Positions 1 through 12,250 of a stretch of 64,000 nt of DNA are shown piece by piece (the first letter of the stretch is position 1; every line of letters starts with the position of its first letter). This stretch comes from Lytechinus pictus (lineage: Eukaryota), in NCBI RefSeq assembly GCF_037042905.1, contig NC_087245.1:36458001-36522000 (forward strand), given 5' to 3'. The notes below the pieces were generated by a model that had not been told where the DNA came from, did no database searches, and was given only the letters and a program-made list of their open reading frames with translations. Made by a program: the position numbers and the translations under genes.

Positions 1-835
1 TACAATACAATTCCCATTCTTCGGGAGCGTGTTCAGACAAACAGTAAGGGGCATAAAATGATGTGTGTGACAAACTTTCTTAAAAGTCCCGAGTGAGCGA
101 AGCTGGCGAGCAAAAATATTCAGGATGAAAATCTTATTTTGTTATTTTGACATATTATTATGAAAATATCAAATCTACCTTAAAAATTTCCTTTCTTTCT
201 CTCCCTTTTCCTGGTTGAACCTTTTTTGTGTCGGTGGGGGTGCTTCAAGCTTCCCATCAAGACGCTAGTTCCGGAGAGAGTTTAAGTTTATCATAATTTT
301 AGAGAATAACGTAATGTGTAATGTAGATTTAAAGGAGTATCACGGATTTTTTCAGAAAAGATGTTTTACTTCAAGCATCATATACATGTACATCAAAACC
401 CAGGATTAGCATTATGTGGAAGTCAAATTTAACTAAACTTCGTATGGTTGATCTTTTAAACTTTATTTCTAATAGATTTAATGCTTTCTAGCAAAATCTC
501 TCTTGATTCCATATTTTGTTTTGGTGATACTCACAAAATTGAATATATTGGTTTGACTTACATTACATCAACGTAAGCGTTGTAAAATTTTGGTCATTTT
601 AACAGAAATCTCCATTACATTAGGGCTGGGTTTTTTAACGTTTTATTGCCTTGATCAGGAAGTGTAATATTTTGTTAGGGCACAGAACATTATTTGCTCA
701 CCCATGCTAGATTTACCCCCAATGTTTGTTTGATTTTGATATTTGATAGTTTTTTAATTATGCAGGCCAAAACAAAAAAAAATCACCAAGATCGGGCAAT
801 GAGTTTAATATTGTACCATGTTTTTTTTTCTCAAA

Positions 836-1310
836 TGATGCTAATGATGATGAAGATAGTGATGATGATGATGATGAGGAGGAGGATGATGATGAGGATG
901 ATGCTGCTGCTGATGATACTGCTGAAGATAATAATGATAATATAATGGTGGTGGTGGTGGTGATGATGGTAGTGGTGGTGGTGGTGACGATGATGATGAT
1001 GGTGAATATGTCGATGATATGATGATGATCATCATGATGGTGGTAGTGGTGGTGATGTCGATGATATGATAATGATGATGATGGTGATGGTAATGAGGTC
1101 GACGATATGATGATGATGATTATGATGATTGATGGCGACGATGATGATGATGATGATGATGTCGATGATATGATAATGATGACAATGATGATGTCGATAG
1201 TGCTTATGGTGATGATGATCACGATGATGATGATGATGATGATGAGATGATCATGATGATGATGAATTGGAGGAGGAGGAGGATGTTGATAATGATGGTA
1301 ATGCTGCTGC
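836..1310. repeat. Imperfect (GAT)n/(GGT)n trinucleotide microsatellite
   Basis: Long gat/ggt/gag runs, directly visible; explains the poly-M/poly-S/poly-H ORFs. Confidence 0.95.
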
Positions 1311-2047
1311 TACTCGTGGTGATACGCCACATATAATATCTGTTTGAAAGCAGAAGGCGCAGATCTCTCCAAAAACATAAGGAAACTAAATGAACCGTAT
1401 ATGGAAAGGTAAAAAGACAAGATATTGCCCCCTCCTATATAGTGACACGACCTGTCCCCCCCCCCACGTTTTCCTTCGCTTATACTCAACACATCTGCTC
1501 CTGCTACTAATCGTTTACAAGATATCAACCGCCAAATAATTGTCAAACTTGACTTTGCAAAAGAAAATCCCTGAAAAAAAAAATCGTTCACATTTTGTTT
1601 ATGTACATTTATCGACCATTCCCCCCAGAACACCTGACGACCGACCGTATTTTTTGTTGCTCGTTATGATCAAATAATCAATTACAATCGAGCATGCCGA
1701 CATATATCGTAATCTCTTTGTATAGCAAAGCATTAAGAATGATTCGACATTCTGACTATAACACAGCCATGCGATTCTCAACAAGTTATTGGGATCTAAT
1801 CACATTGACTGGGAAATGGAATGTCTTTGAAGATTCATTATCTTTCTGGATCACATAATTACCGACGCCTGGAGCTATTTTACTATTTCTCCGATTTTTT
1901 TATTTTATTCAGTTTCTTGAGGGGGGTAGCAATAAAGTGTAAACTTAGCCCTTTGACTTCAAAACCCAGCTGGAGGAATATTATCTACCTTTGATTAAGA
2001 ATTTAATTTGATTATAACATTCAGTATTATAAATTTTAAAGAGACAT

Positions 2048-2219
2048 TGTTGTGTATACAGTCTGAATGAAGACTAGTGCGAGGAGACCCGAGATAGGGT
2101 GCACAAGGAAATCGTGTAGTAAAATGGATGCCGATTAAAGTAACGTTTGTGTTGGAATTTGCAGAGTGAATTCTTGTCTTATTTAGACCTCTACTGTAGT
2201 TATGGACTGGTATTGAACA
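2048..2219 (+). repeat. 5' LTR of element A (172 bp)
   Basis: tgttgtgtatac...gtattgaaca, identical by eye to 6829-7000. Confidence 0.97.
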
Positions 2220-2220
2220 T

Positions 2221-2229
2221 TGGCGACGA
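2221..2229 (+). promoter_or_regulatory. Primer-binding site of element A, probably tRNA-Ser
   Basis: TGGCGACGA 1 nt after the LTR; complementary to a ...UCGUCGCCA tRNA 3' end (tRNA-Ser(GCU) from recall). Confidence 0.75.
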
Positions 2230-2230
2230 T

Positions 2231-5200
2231 ATGGCGAATTTGCAACCCCCGCCATACTTTTTACCTACTCCAGGCACTCCTGCTATGCCATGGAAACAAT
2301 GGAAAGGACTCTTTGACGTGTATCTCGTTGCATCGGCTGCCAACAAATTTAACGAGGACCGTCGCCGTGCCTTGCTACTCCACTGCCTCGGAGCGGAGGG
2401 CCAGCGGGTGTTTCATACATTACCATCTACCTCATCGGGGACCTCTTCTGCTATTGCTGGGTCATCTACAGAAACCGGTGCTGGTGAGTCTTGTTCATAT
2501 GCAGAAGCCATAGACAGACTAGATAATCATTTTCTACCAACGGTTAATGTTGTTGCTGAACGTTACCGTTTCCGACAGAGAGGCCAGATGCCAGACGAGC
2601 CTGTGGAAACATATGTTTGTGCACTCCGGTCTCTGTCACTTACCTGTGCGTTTGGTGATCTTCGAGATGAGTTCATTCGGGATCAACTGGTGGAGAAGAC
2701 CAACTCAGAGCGAATTCGGGAAAGGCTTCTGATCGAGCCGTCTCTTACTCTTCAGTCTGCTATGACAATTGCACGTCAGATGGAATCTGCGTCACGAGAG
2801 ACTCGAGCACTGAATACACCTGCAGATAGTGTGAACGCAGTGAAGTTTAAGCCAAAGCGTAGACAGAAACAGTCTGGTGCGTGGAAACAGTCAACTGCCA
2901 GTCAACCTGAACAGAAAACTGTAACTTGTTATCGTTGCGGTGATAAGAGGCACAAAGCTAATGATGTCTCTTGTAAAGCTAGAGAAGCAACTTGCAATTC
3001 ATGTGGGAAAAAGGGACATTTTGCTAAAGTGTGTAGGTCCCGACAGCAAGCTGTTCATCAAATTTCTTCAGAACAGTCTCAACTACATAACGTTGAGGTT
3101 TTGACTATTCACCCATCCAAGGATGCAATCTTGTTTCCAGTTACGGTGAACGGATCAGTGAAGCTTGACTTGTTATTTGATACAGGGTCTCGCGTGTCAA
3201 TCATTCCTCTTGACATTTTTGACAAACATTTTACTCGGAAAGCTCTTCTGCCACCACGAGCTAATTGTATTCTCACTACTTACCTCACAGATGAACAAAT
3301 TCCAGTGGTTGGGATGTTCAAGGCCAATATTTCTCATGGTGACCTTACAGTCATGTGCGAATTCTTCGTTGCTACAAAAGGAAGCTGTCTCATGGGACGT
3401 GATCTCATGAAGTTGTTACATGTGCTACCACAGCTGCCAGACGAGGTTAATGCAGTGAACTCAGAGATTTGTGGTGAATTCAACGAGCTCTTCAGTGACC
3501 ATGTTGGACTTGCAAAGGGTTACGTGCATCGTGTGAAGACGAAACAGGACGTGCCGCCAGTACAACACAAGCTGCGACGCCTACCTTTTGCAGTTAGAGA
3601 CAAAGTGTCGACAGAGTTACAGCGTTTGGTTAAAGCTGATATCATTGAACCAGTAGAATCAAGTGAATGGATTTCCTCATTAGTCGTCGTGAATAAGAAG
3701 AATGGGGACATCCGCCTGTGTGTCGATTTGCGAGATGTGAACAGAGCGATAGTTGAGGATAAATATCCACTGCCTCACATAGAAGAACTGTTGAGTGAGA
3801 TGCGAGGAGCAACTGTATTCAGCACTTTAGATCTCAAAAGTGCATACCATCAGCTTCTTCTTCATGAGGATTCGCGTCATCTCACAACTTTCATTACGCA
3901 TGAAGGACTCTTTCAGTTCAAGCGTGTCTGCTTTGGACTTTCTTCGGCTCCTTCAGCATTCCAGAAGCTTATGTCGTCTATTCTAGCTGGACTTTCTGGT
4001 GTCCAGTGCTACCTTGACGACATCATCATCTACGGTGATACTCTATCAACCCATGACACAAATCTTCGGGCAGTTCTACAACGGCTACAGAGTGTAGGAC
4101 TTACACTGAACTTACAGAAGTGCCAGTTCAACCTGAAGGAGATCAGTTATCTAGGGCATGTTATCTCTGCCAAAGGCGTTCAACCTAATGAAGATAACGT
4201 TGCTGCAATACGAGATGCTCCGGTTCCTGAGGATGCTGCAACACTCCGATCATTCTTGGGACTGGCTTCGTATTACGCAAAGTTCATTCCAAATTTCTCC
4301 AGCGTAACTGCACCACTACGAGAGTTGACCAAGAAGGACGTTTCGTTCGTGTGGTCTACTGCTGCTGCCGAATCATTTGCTACAGTCAAAGATCAGATCC
4401 TACATTGTTCGACGTTGCATCTTTTCGATCCAGATCTACCAGTAGTTATTTCAACTGACGCATCAGAATACGGGTTAGGAGCTGTCCTTATGCAGATGAA
4501 GGATGGAAAGGAGGTTCCTATCTCTTACGCTTCCCGTACGCTCACTAAAGCTGAGAAAAACTATTCGGTGGGCGAGAAAGAAGCTCTCGCATGTGTATGG
4601 GCTTGTGAAAAGTGGTTCCAGTACGTGTGGGGCCGCCATTTTGTTCTCCGCACAGATCATCAATCTCTTACTACATTGTTGTCAACGAAGGGGACAGGAC
4701 GTCAGTCTATGAGGATCGCTCGATGGGCTACGCGTTTGCTACGATTCAACTACACCGTCGAGTACATTCCAGGTCTACAGAATCATGCTGCTGATGCATT
4801 ATCGCGATTACCACAGCCAACGCCTTCAGTCTTTGAAGATGATGATCATGAAGTTGTGATCCAGAGCATATTCGCGGAAGTTACAATATCAAAAGCCGAG
4901 TTACAACAAGCAACGGCTTCTGATTCAATTCTACAACGTGTGATTGAGAAGATATTACATGGTTGGTCAAAAGAATCAAGCAAAGATAGTTCACTGAAAG
5001 CATATTACATGATTCGCGATGAGCTTACAATCATTGATGATTGCGTGTTTCGTGGTAATAGAGTTGTCATTCCCAAATCACTTCAAGCAATCTTGATTAC
5101 AAATGCGCACTCCGCACACCAAGGAATAGTGCGTACCAAGCAACGCTTACGTGATATTTATTGGTGGTCATGTATGGATAGGATGGTAGAGGATGCTATT

Positions 5201-6169
5201 CATAATTGTAGTTTGTGTCAATCAAGTGATAAGGTTTCAAATACTCGTAATACTCCCTTACAGAGTGTTCCTCTTCCTGATGGACCTTGGAAGAAAATAG
5301 GTATTGACATAACAGGTCCATTCAATACTACACAACCTTCATACAAATATGCCATTGTAGCCATAGATTATTACTCCAAATGGCCAGAGGTTGCTTTTGT
5401 TTCTGAAGTGACTACACATTCAGTCATTACATTTCTTACACAAGTGTTCGCTAGGGAAGGTATTCCTTCTGAAGTTGTTACTGACAATGGTGTTCAATTT
5501 GTATCTAGTGAATTTGAAGATTTCCTAAAGAAGCTAGGTATTTCACATTCCAAAGCATCACTGTACTACCCGCGTTCAAATGGTGAGGTTGAACGTTGGA
5601 ATAGGGTGTTGAAGCAAACGCTTCAAATTGCAACAATGCAAGGTAAACCATGGAAGGAAGCAGTCCTTGAATTGCTTATGGCATACCGCGCTACCCCTCA
5701 TCAGACCACTGGTACAACTCCAGCAGAGTTGTTACATGGTCGACCCATGGTCACGCCATTACATATTCATGATGCTAATGATGGCAATAGGCGTGCCGGG
5801 GAGGATACTGAAATGCGAAGGCGTGTTGGTGCAAAGCAAAAGAAAGCACGCGAGTACGCTGACAAAACTAGGGGTGCTTCCATTCCAAAGTTTAGCATTG
5901 GTGATAAGGTTAGAGTGAAAAGAGTCAAGAAAAAGAACAATTCATGGTTTGAGGCACCACAGAAAATTGTAGCCAAAAAGGGTTTGTACACATTTGTCTT
6001 GGAAGACGGACGTATTTGGAATGCCTCAAAACTGACATTGTTCAGGGATAGTGGTCATGTTGATCAGAGAAAATCAAACACAGCTAGTGAACAGACTGGA
6101 AGTCATAATGAAAGACCTAAACGTGACAAAAAAGTACCAGTCTGGACATATGATTATGTTTCTCATTGA
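2231..6169 (+). CDS. Gag-Pol polyprotein, 1312 aa from the first ATG after the PBS
   Basis: Knuckles CYRCGDKRHKANDVSC and CNSCGKKGHFAKVC; protease LLFDTGS; RT LCVDLR, LDLKSAYHQ, YLDD; RNase H TDAS...EKE...TDH...ADALSR; integrase HHCC and D,D,E (GIDI, VTDNG, EVE). No stops. Confidence 0.96.
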   Translation: MANLQPPPYFLPTPGTPAMPWKQWKGLFDVYLVASAANKFNEDRRRALLLHCLGAEGQRVFHTLPSTSSGTSSAIAGSSTETGAGESCSYAEAIDRLDNHFLPTVNVVAERYRFRQRGQMPDEPVETYVCALRSLSLTCAFGDLRDEFIRDQLVEKTNSERIRERLLIEPSLTLQSAMTIARQMESASRETRALNTPADSVNAVKFKPKRRQKQSGAWKQSTASQPEQKTVTCYRCGDKRHKANDVSCKAREATCNSCGKKGHFAKVCRSRQQAVHQISSEQSQLHNVEVLTIHPSKDAILFPVTVNGSVKLDLLFDTGSRVSIIPLDIFDKHFTRKALLPPRANCILTTYLTDEQIPVVGMFKANISHGDLTVMCEFFVATKGSCLMGRDLMKLLHVLPQLPDEVNAVNSEICGEFNELFSDHVGLAKGYVHRVKTKQDVPPVQHKLRRLPFAVRDKVSTELQRLVKADIIEPVESSEWISSLVVVNKKNGDIRLCVDLRDVNRAIVEDKYPLPHIEELLSEMRGATVFSTLDLKSAYHQLLLHEDSRHLTTFITHEGLFQFKRVCFGLSSAPSAFQKLMSSILAGLSGVQCYLDDIIIYGDTLSTHDTNLRAVLQRLQSVGLTLNLQKCQFNLKEISYLGHVISAKGVQPNEDNVAAIRDAPVPEDAATLRSFLGLASYYAKFIPNFSSVTAPLRELTKKDVSFVWSTAAAESFATVKDQILHCSTLHLFDPDLPVVISTDASEYGLGAVLMQMKDGKEVPISYASRTLTKAEKNYSVGEKEALACVWACEKWFQYVWGRHFVLRTDHQSLTTLLSTKGTGRQSMRIARWATRLLRFNYTVEYIPGLQNHAADALSRLPQPTPSVFEDDDHEVVIQSIFAEVTISKAELQQATASDSILQRVIEKILHGWSKESSKDSSLKAYYMIRDELTIIDDCVFRGNRVVIPKSLQAILITNAHSAHQGIVRTKQRLRDIYWWSCMDRMVEDAIHNCSLCQSSDKVSNTRNTPLQSVPLPDGPWKKIGIDITGPFNTTQPSYKYAIVAIDYYSKWPEVAFVSEVTTHSVITFLTQVFAREGIPSEVVTDNGVQFVSSEFEDFLKKLGISHSKASLYYPRSNGEVERWNRVLKQTLQIATMQGKPWKEAVLELLMAYRATPHQTTGTTPAELLHGRPMVTPLHIHDANDGNRRAGEDTEMRRRVGAKQKKAREYADKTRGASIPKFSIGDKVRVKRVKKKNNSWFEAPQKIVAKKGLYTFVLEDGRIWNASKLTLFRDSGHVDQRKSNTASEQTGSHNERPKRDKKVPVWTYDYVSH

Positions 6170-6290
6170 ATCTTGGTAATTAGGCCTGAAAAAGAAATTA
6201 TTTTCATGACAGAAGGGCGTAAATTGTTTTCAGGGTTCATTGATTAAAGAATAGGTATATTTTATGTTTGTTCAAATTATGCTTCAAGGG

Positions 6291-6321
<31 letters not shown>

Positions 6322-6814
6322 AGGAAAGATATTGAACTTCATGGAAATTGTTATACATGAAAAAAACAAAACAAATGAAAAATCAACAATTTGTGTTATT
6401 TTCATTGCAAGTTGAAAGTGATTATTATGTGGTGTACTGTTTTATACAGGTAAAGAAACTTGAAACAGTTGTTTTAAAATTCCTTAATACAACTTACACA
6501 GGTTAAACACTTGCATATGCATATAAAAACAATATATTTAATAAAGTTACCAGGTAAAGAGAAGAAACTCATATTTAAAATAATTGCACTGTACACATCG
6601 GTTTTCAAGATACAAAATATTTATTATGCAACCAGGATACATATGCAAACAATACAGAGTTATGTTTTGAAATACAATGTACATAATGTTACAAACTGAT
6701 TTCAGTATAAGGTTATTTTTTCAAAACACATGTATATGCTAGAAGGTATATTTATACTTCTATTTGCCATTAGTGTTATTTGATCATTTGAAAATTGATA
6801 CGATACCCTATTTC

Positions 6815-6828
6815 AAGTAGAGGGGAGA
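6815..6828 (+). promoter_or_regulatory. Polypurine tract of element A
   Basis: aagtagaggggaga directly before the 3' LTR. Confidence 0.85.
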
Positions 6829-7000
6829 TGTTGTGTATACAGTCTGAATGAAGACTAGTGCGAGGAGACCCGAGATAGGGTGCACAAGGAAATCGTGTAG
6901 TAAAATGGATGCCGATTAAAGTAACGTTTGTGTTGGAATTTGCAGAGTGAATTCTTGTCTTATTTAGACCTCTACTGTAGTTATGGACTGGTATTGAACA
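6829..7000 (+). repeat. 3' LTR of element A (172 bp)
   Basis: Identical to 2048-2219; followed by TSD gacat. Confidence 0.97.
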
Positions 7001-8211
7001 GACATGTAGCTTCGGTAGCTTCAACAGATGAAAAGCTCCGCAATGGTGAAGTACTTGTTCTGAGGAAGAAGACGGATGTGATTTACATAAGTGAAGACGC
7101 CCTAAACTTTATTTTTAAGTAGATAAATTTATATATCAAAAGATGGATAAAGAAGAAATGGAGAGTGACAGACAGGCTGACAGGAACATGTACACAGACA
7201 TATCGGGGGACAGTTAGGCCTACGATGCGAGAAAGAGAAAGTGATAGAAAACATTAAAGACGGAGAAGAATCTGAACAACATTTGTAAACGAACAACAAT
7301 ATGCAACAAACCGAATAATTCTAACACTTATACACCCTTAAGAAGATGGTGGAAAATTATCCTTCGCGCCCTTTTTTTTCTCTCTCTTCTAAAGACTCTC
7401 GATCGCGTATCTAATTTCTATTTATTATCAGTCAATGATATCAAAAGGTTCTGCCGACAAAATAGATATGAAAAGAAATTCCTCTCGCCCAACTGCTCCT
7501 TTGATCTTGCATGGGAATCGCGTGTTCTTGTGCTGAAAAACATAATATACGACTCAAATTCATGAAATCGGGAGCATGTGTTCTTAACATAAGACAACAA
7601 AGCTAGAATGACGAGGGAATTTCAAGCGATTAAAGGAAGTCCATGGAGTGGACAAATTGAATACTACTTTCAGCTAGTTTTCCAGACACTAGTTCTACAA
7701 ATTAAAAGTAAGTAAGTACAAAGAGAATCTGTTTGACAAGTCAGAAAATAGTGAGAGATGAAAGAAAAGAATGATCAAATAAATTATATATTGAATTTAA
7801 AAACGAAAGGAAGAAACTCCATAAAATCATTCGGAAAAAAATCATGAACACAGATAAATGATATTGTTCAATGCTCAATTAAACAAATAAAAAAAAGGGA
7901 TTAAAGAATCACCGAGAACAATGCAAGAAACACTCGAAATATTACTAAGAAATAAAGTATAAAGTTTAAAATAATTCCCATATACAAAAAAAAAACCTTT
8001 GCCAAATTGCTAACTACCACCCATTTCATTATTTAGTAGCATATCCCAAATACTTGAACCCCCCCCCCCCCCCCCCCCCCGTTTACAAACGACTATATAG
8101 TCTTTTCGGGTCACAAATAAATTATCAAATCCGAATAAAAATGGTTTTGGGAAACTAACTCAACTGACTATATATGCATTCTTACAATTTTACGACGAAA
8201 TAACTATATGA

Positions 8212-8719
8212 TGGCCCTAAAGGTTCATCGCAAATAGACCAAATCACGTTTATAGACGACGAAATTCACGACGTCGCCCATTCCGTCGTGAATTTCGTCG
8301 CGAATTTGTTTTGCCTGCTTGGGCGGTCCTCGTACAAGCGCCAGAAGACTACTACGATTTTGAGTCGAACACGTGAATGTTGGCATGGGCTAATAAAGAA
8401 ACGAGACATATCGATCTAGCCTACTGGTAGTCTTCAACAACTTACTTAGAATTATATAATCTAGGCGATGGCAGCCTTATATCTAACAAATCTACATACT
8501 TATTCCACTTTGTACAAAAGGATCATAATTAGAAGTTAAAACCTAACATTTTCACAGAAAGCATGGTTAGAAGTCTCGGCAAGAGTTCTATATGCACGCA
8601 CGTACCGTCCAAGCATGAAAGCAAAACAAATTCACGACGAAATTCGCGACGCTTTGAATTTCGTCGTTTCGTCGTCAATATTCGCGATTTGGTCTATTTT
8701 CGATGTCCCTTCAGGGCCA
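8212..8719. mobile_element. MITE-like element with ~130-bp imperfect terminal inverted repeats
   Basis: tggccctaaagg...aaatagaccaaatc versus gatttggtctattt...ccttcagggcca. Confidence 0.7.
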
Positions 8720-8773
8720 CCATAAATACAATAACATATTCAATTTCCAAAAAGAGCACACCGTTAACTTGAG

Positions 8774-8917
8774 GTTTTCATGGATCTATCGAAGGTATTC
8801 GATACCCTCGATCATCATATTCTATTGTGTAAATTAAAGACATATGGAATCAGAGGGATTGTTTTATCATGGTTCAATGATTACTCATACAACAGAAGTC
8901 AATATGTTACACTGTAA
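8774..8917 (+). pseudogene. CR1/L2-group LINE reverse-transcriptase fragment
   Basis: Manual translation VFMDLSKVFDTLDHHILLCKLKTYGIRGIVLSWFNDYSYNRSQYV matches the DLSKAFDxxDH...GIRG...W..SYL..R.QYV LINE motif. Confidence 0.85.
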
Positions 8918-9494
8918 CAGGTATTTACTTAAATCAAATTCATTCATTTCATTCATTCATTTATTTATTCATTTTTCCAACAAATTTTACAATGCAATAA
9001 TAACAATATATAAAACATAACATCAGACAATATAGATGACATAAATATTCAAATAAACCAAATATATAAAATATACACTTGATACAGAAGATAATATTTT
9101 CAATTTGATAATAATATTATGCAAGATACATGAGATATGTTGGAAAAATGGAGTGGCCCACTAAAAAGCAAGCTTGTAGAGGGTGGACCACTCAAAAAGA
9201 AAAAAAAGTATAACGTAACACTTAGATCTATATGGACCGAAAAAAGCAGCAATACAAATTATGTTTAGAAACCGCCTTAATGTTCTTAAAGTACTTATAA
9301 CTTTGGCAGTTTTGAGTAAAATTTATTTGTTTTCTTTGCAGCCATTTTACTCAAGTAAATTAAGTTACACCGACTTAATTCATTCAAGTAAACAATCAGA
9401 CACTGCAATGTTTGAAAAAAAATGGAGGGGACTTTCTAAGCAAGAAAGTTCACTACTCGTCCAACTTTCAATGGCAACAAATAAAACGGTGCCA

Positions 9495-9960
9495 GGTAAA
9501 ATGGCAGAGGTAATAATGGCAGAGGTAAAAATGGTAGAGGTAAAAATGGTAGAGGTAAAATGGCAGAGGTAATAATGGCAGAGGTAAAAATGGTAGAGGT
9601 AAAATGGTAGAGGTAATAATGGCAGAGGTAAAAATGGTAGAGGTAAAATGGCAGAGGTAATAATGGCAGAGGTAAAAATGGTAGAGGTAAAAATGGTAGA
9701 GGTAAAAATGGTAGAGGTAATAATGGCAGAGGTAAAAATGGTAGAGGTAATAATGGCAGAGGTAAAAATGGTAGAGGTAATAATGGCAGAGGTAAAAATG
9801 GTAGAGGTAAAAATTGTAGAGGTAAAAATGGCAGAGGTAAAAATTGTAGACGTAAAAATGGTAGAGGTAAAAATGGCAGAGGTAAAAATGGCAGAGGTAA
9901 TAATGGCAGAGGTAAAAATGGTAGTGGTTCAAATGACAGCGGCAAAAATGACAGAGGTAT
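9495..9960. repeat. Minisatellite, ~15-bp unit (gcagaggtaataatg / gtagaggtaaaaatg)
   Basis: About 30 tandem units visible; source of the LPLPF, MVEVK and YLCH ORFs. Confidence 0.95.
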
Positions 9961-10982
9961 AAATGGCCAGTCTTAAACCCCATGCAAAAAAAATCAAAAA
10001 GCCCCTGGACCACCGCTGCTTCGACAGCTTTGCCCGGGCGGTGATTAAACGTTGCACAAACTTTGGTGGAGCGGCAGTACGCGTTTTACGAGCGGACACG
10101 GTATTGCTGGAATGGTCTCGGGTGTTAAAGCAGCGATCCATTCATCCATAGATGAACTTTGGTTTGGCGTTGGTATGGAGGTGTTGGAGCCGGACCAGCA
10201 TTTGGCTATAGATACGAAGAGAAATGGACCATTTGGAATCTATCAAAGAGATCCGTTCAGCTCCGAAGTCAAAAGCGGTATGCCGCTAAACCAATTTTTA
10301 AACTCCCGCCGAGCCAACGCTCGCATGCGCAGAACGCTGCTCTATCAACGCTCTTGTCATCGCTAAACAAACGCTCGCTACCGTTAAACCAACGCTAAAG
10401 CAACGCCGACTTCAGCGGTGCACCGCTAAGGCAACGCCCGTGTTTTGATTTCTTTTCTCCCATTTTGTGCGCGGTGACGAGCGTTGTCAAAATTCGGCCC
10501 CCTCTCCCTACCGTTCAAGGAACGCTTCAACAAAGTTGGTTGGTTCATGGACGGTACATGTTCCCATCTATTTTTTACTATCTACTTTATACCATACAGA
10601 GTCTTATCTTTTTTATACATTATTGAACAAATCAAGAGAATCATATTCACTTTTTGAAAGAACATTTATAGAAAAAAAGAAAGAATTATTTTGTTCATAT
10701 AACCATGTGTATAAAAAGATTTCCTGTCATTCTTGTAACGAAATAAATTATAGCTAAAGACGTTCTTTACACATTAGCATGTTTATACATGTTATTCCTA
10801 GAATTGAAATAATAACACATCATGAATTGATCGCAAATAAAAAAGAAAATGTATTCAATATTCGTTCAACAGAATAATGCAAATTTAAAGTACAATAAAC
10901 AAAATTATGACCTACCATTGTAAAGCTTAATCTTCTCTTCCATCCCATATAATTTACATATATTTGCGCACGAGTTAGTTAA

Positions 10983-11571
10983 AGGACAAGTCCACCCCGA
11001 CAAAAAGTTGATTTGGATAAAAAGAGAAAAATCCAACAAGTACAACACTAAAAGTTTCATAAAAATCGGATGTAAAATAAGAAAGTTATGACATTTTAAA
11101 GTTTTTCTTAATTTCACAAAACAGTTATATTTACATCCTTGTCGGTATGCAAATGAGGAGACTGATGACATCACTCACTCACTATTTATTTTGTATTTTA
11201 TTATATGAAATATTCAAATTTTCTCCCAGTTGTCGTGTTGAACGATTAATTCCTCCCTGAACAAGTGCAATTAGCATTGTTAATAGTAATGGTTCAATCA
11301 AGATGGTCCTTATTGTCAAATCTGTAAAATATGAAATATTGTATAATTCAAACAATAAAAAACAAAAGAAATAGTGAGTGATGGACATCATCTACTGTCT
11401 CGTTTGCATGTCAATGAGATGTGCATATAACTGTTTTGTGAAAAATAAGCAGAATTTTAAAATGTCAACTTTCTTATTTTACATCCGATTTTGAAATTTT
11501 TTTCAGCATTATGCTTGTTTGATTTTTCTCTATTAATTCAAATCCACATTTTTCTGGGGTGGACTTGACCA
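10983..11571. mobile_element. Non-autonomous DNA transposon with TTAA TSD (Kolobok-like)
   Basis: ttaa|aggacaagtccacccc ... ggggtggacttgacca|ttaa, long imperfect inverted arms; same family as 13971-14990. Confidence 0.8.
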
Positions 11572-11689
11572 TTAAAAACAATTTTAAGAATTAATGATAC
11601 TAAAAAGTAAATTGAAGAGGGGTTGCTGGTTTGTCAAAAAAAAAGTGGACAAGCCATAAAAAGAAAGATTTTTACTCCGAAAGAAGATG

Positions 11690-12250
11690 ATTTTGGATGA
11701 TATTTGGAGGTTCGCATGATAGTATAAACAATCGCAGAAGTGGTTTACGGTACACACCTGGAAGGATGTGGATAGGGATAGAAGTGAAATAGAAAGGCAA
11801 GAAAGTGGAGGTTGGGAAGGAGAGTATTCTTTTTTGAATGAGTGTACTGTGGTAGTTCAAAGCAGGGGCCGTGTAAGCGGGGGGGGGGGGGGGGGGGGGC
11901 TTCAGCCCCCTACTTTTTTTTTCTAAAACCGTGTACAAAAACGTAAAAATGACCATATGATTGTTATTTTTTTACATAATCAGCCCCCCTCCCACTTTTG
12001 GCTCAGCCCCCCCCCCCCCCCACTTTGAAAGGAGTGTAAAGCTGAGTAGTAGGCAGGGTGAGAGGCTTGGGTAGAAGGCTGGTTGAGGTGAGAGAGGCTT
12101 GAATAGATGAGAGGAGGCTGACTTGAATCAGCGAATGGAGCTGTATCGAGCGGCATACAGGAGAGAAGACTCGATGTTTCGGGCAGGTTGACTTTCCGTC
12201 TTCAGCAGCCCCATGAAGACGGAAATATATAAGAAATAAAGTGGAGAGCA
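11690..12250 (-). pseudogene. Possible degenerate Penelope-like retroelement remnant, interrupted by a MITE (approximate ends)
   Basis: Minus-strand LPF...VYRKP motif and a ctgaaga...gaaac hammerhead-like motif near 12165-12210. Confidence 0.4.

Larger units (their letters stand above)
2048..7000 (+). mobile_element. Full-length Ty3/Gypsy LTR retrotransposon, Mag-like (element A)
   Basis: Identical 172-bp LTRs (TG...CA), 5-bp TSD GACAT at 2043-2047 and 7001-7005, PBS at 2221, polypurine tract before the 3' LTR, single ORF in PR-RT-RH-IN order. Mag assignment is from two CCHC knuckles, single ORF, short LTRs and 5-bp TSD. Confidence 0.97.

Noticed and set aside
694..1222. Poly-M/S/H ORFs
   Set aside because: Artefacts of the (GAT)n microsatellite.
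2147..2230. N-terminal 28 aa of the 1340-aa ORF
   Set aside because: Starts at a non-ATG codon inside the LTR; the plausible start is the ATG at 2231.
9261..10013. LPLPF, MVEVK and YLCH repeat ORFs
   Set aside because: Translations of a 15-bp minisatellite, open in several frames.
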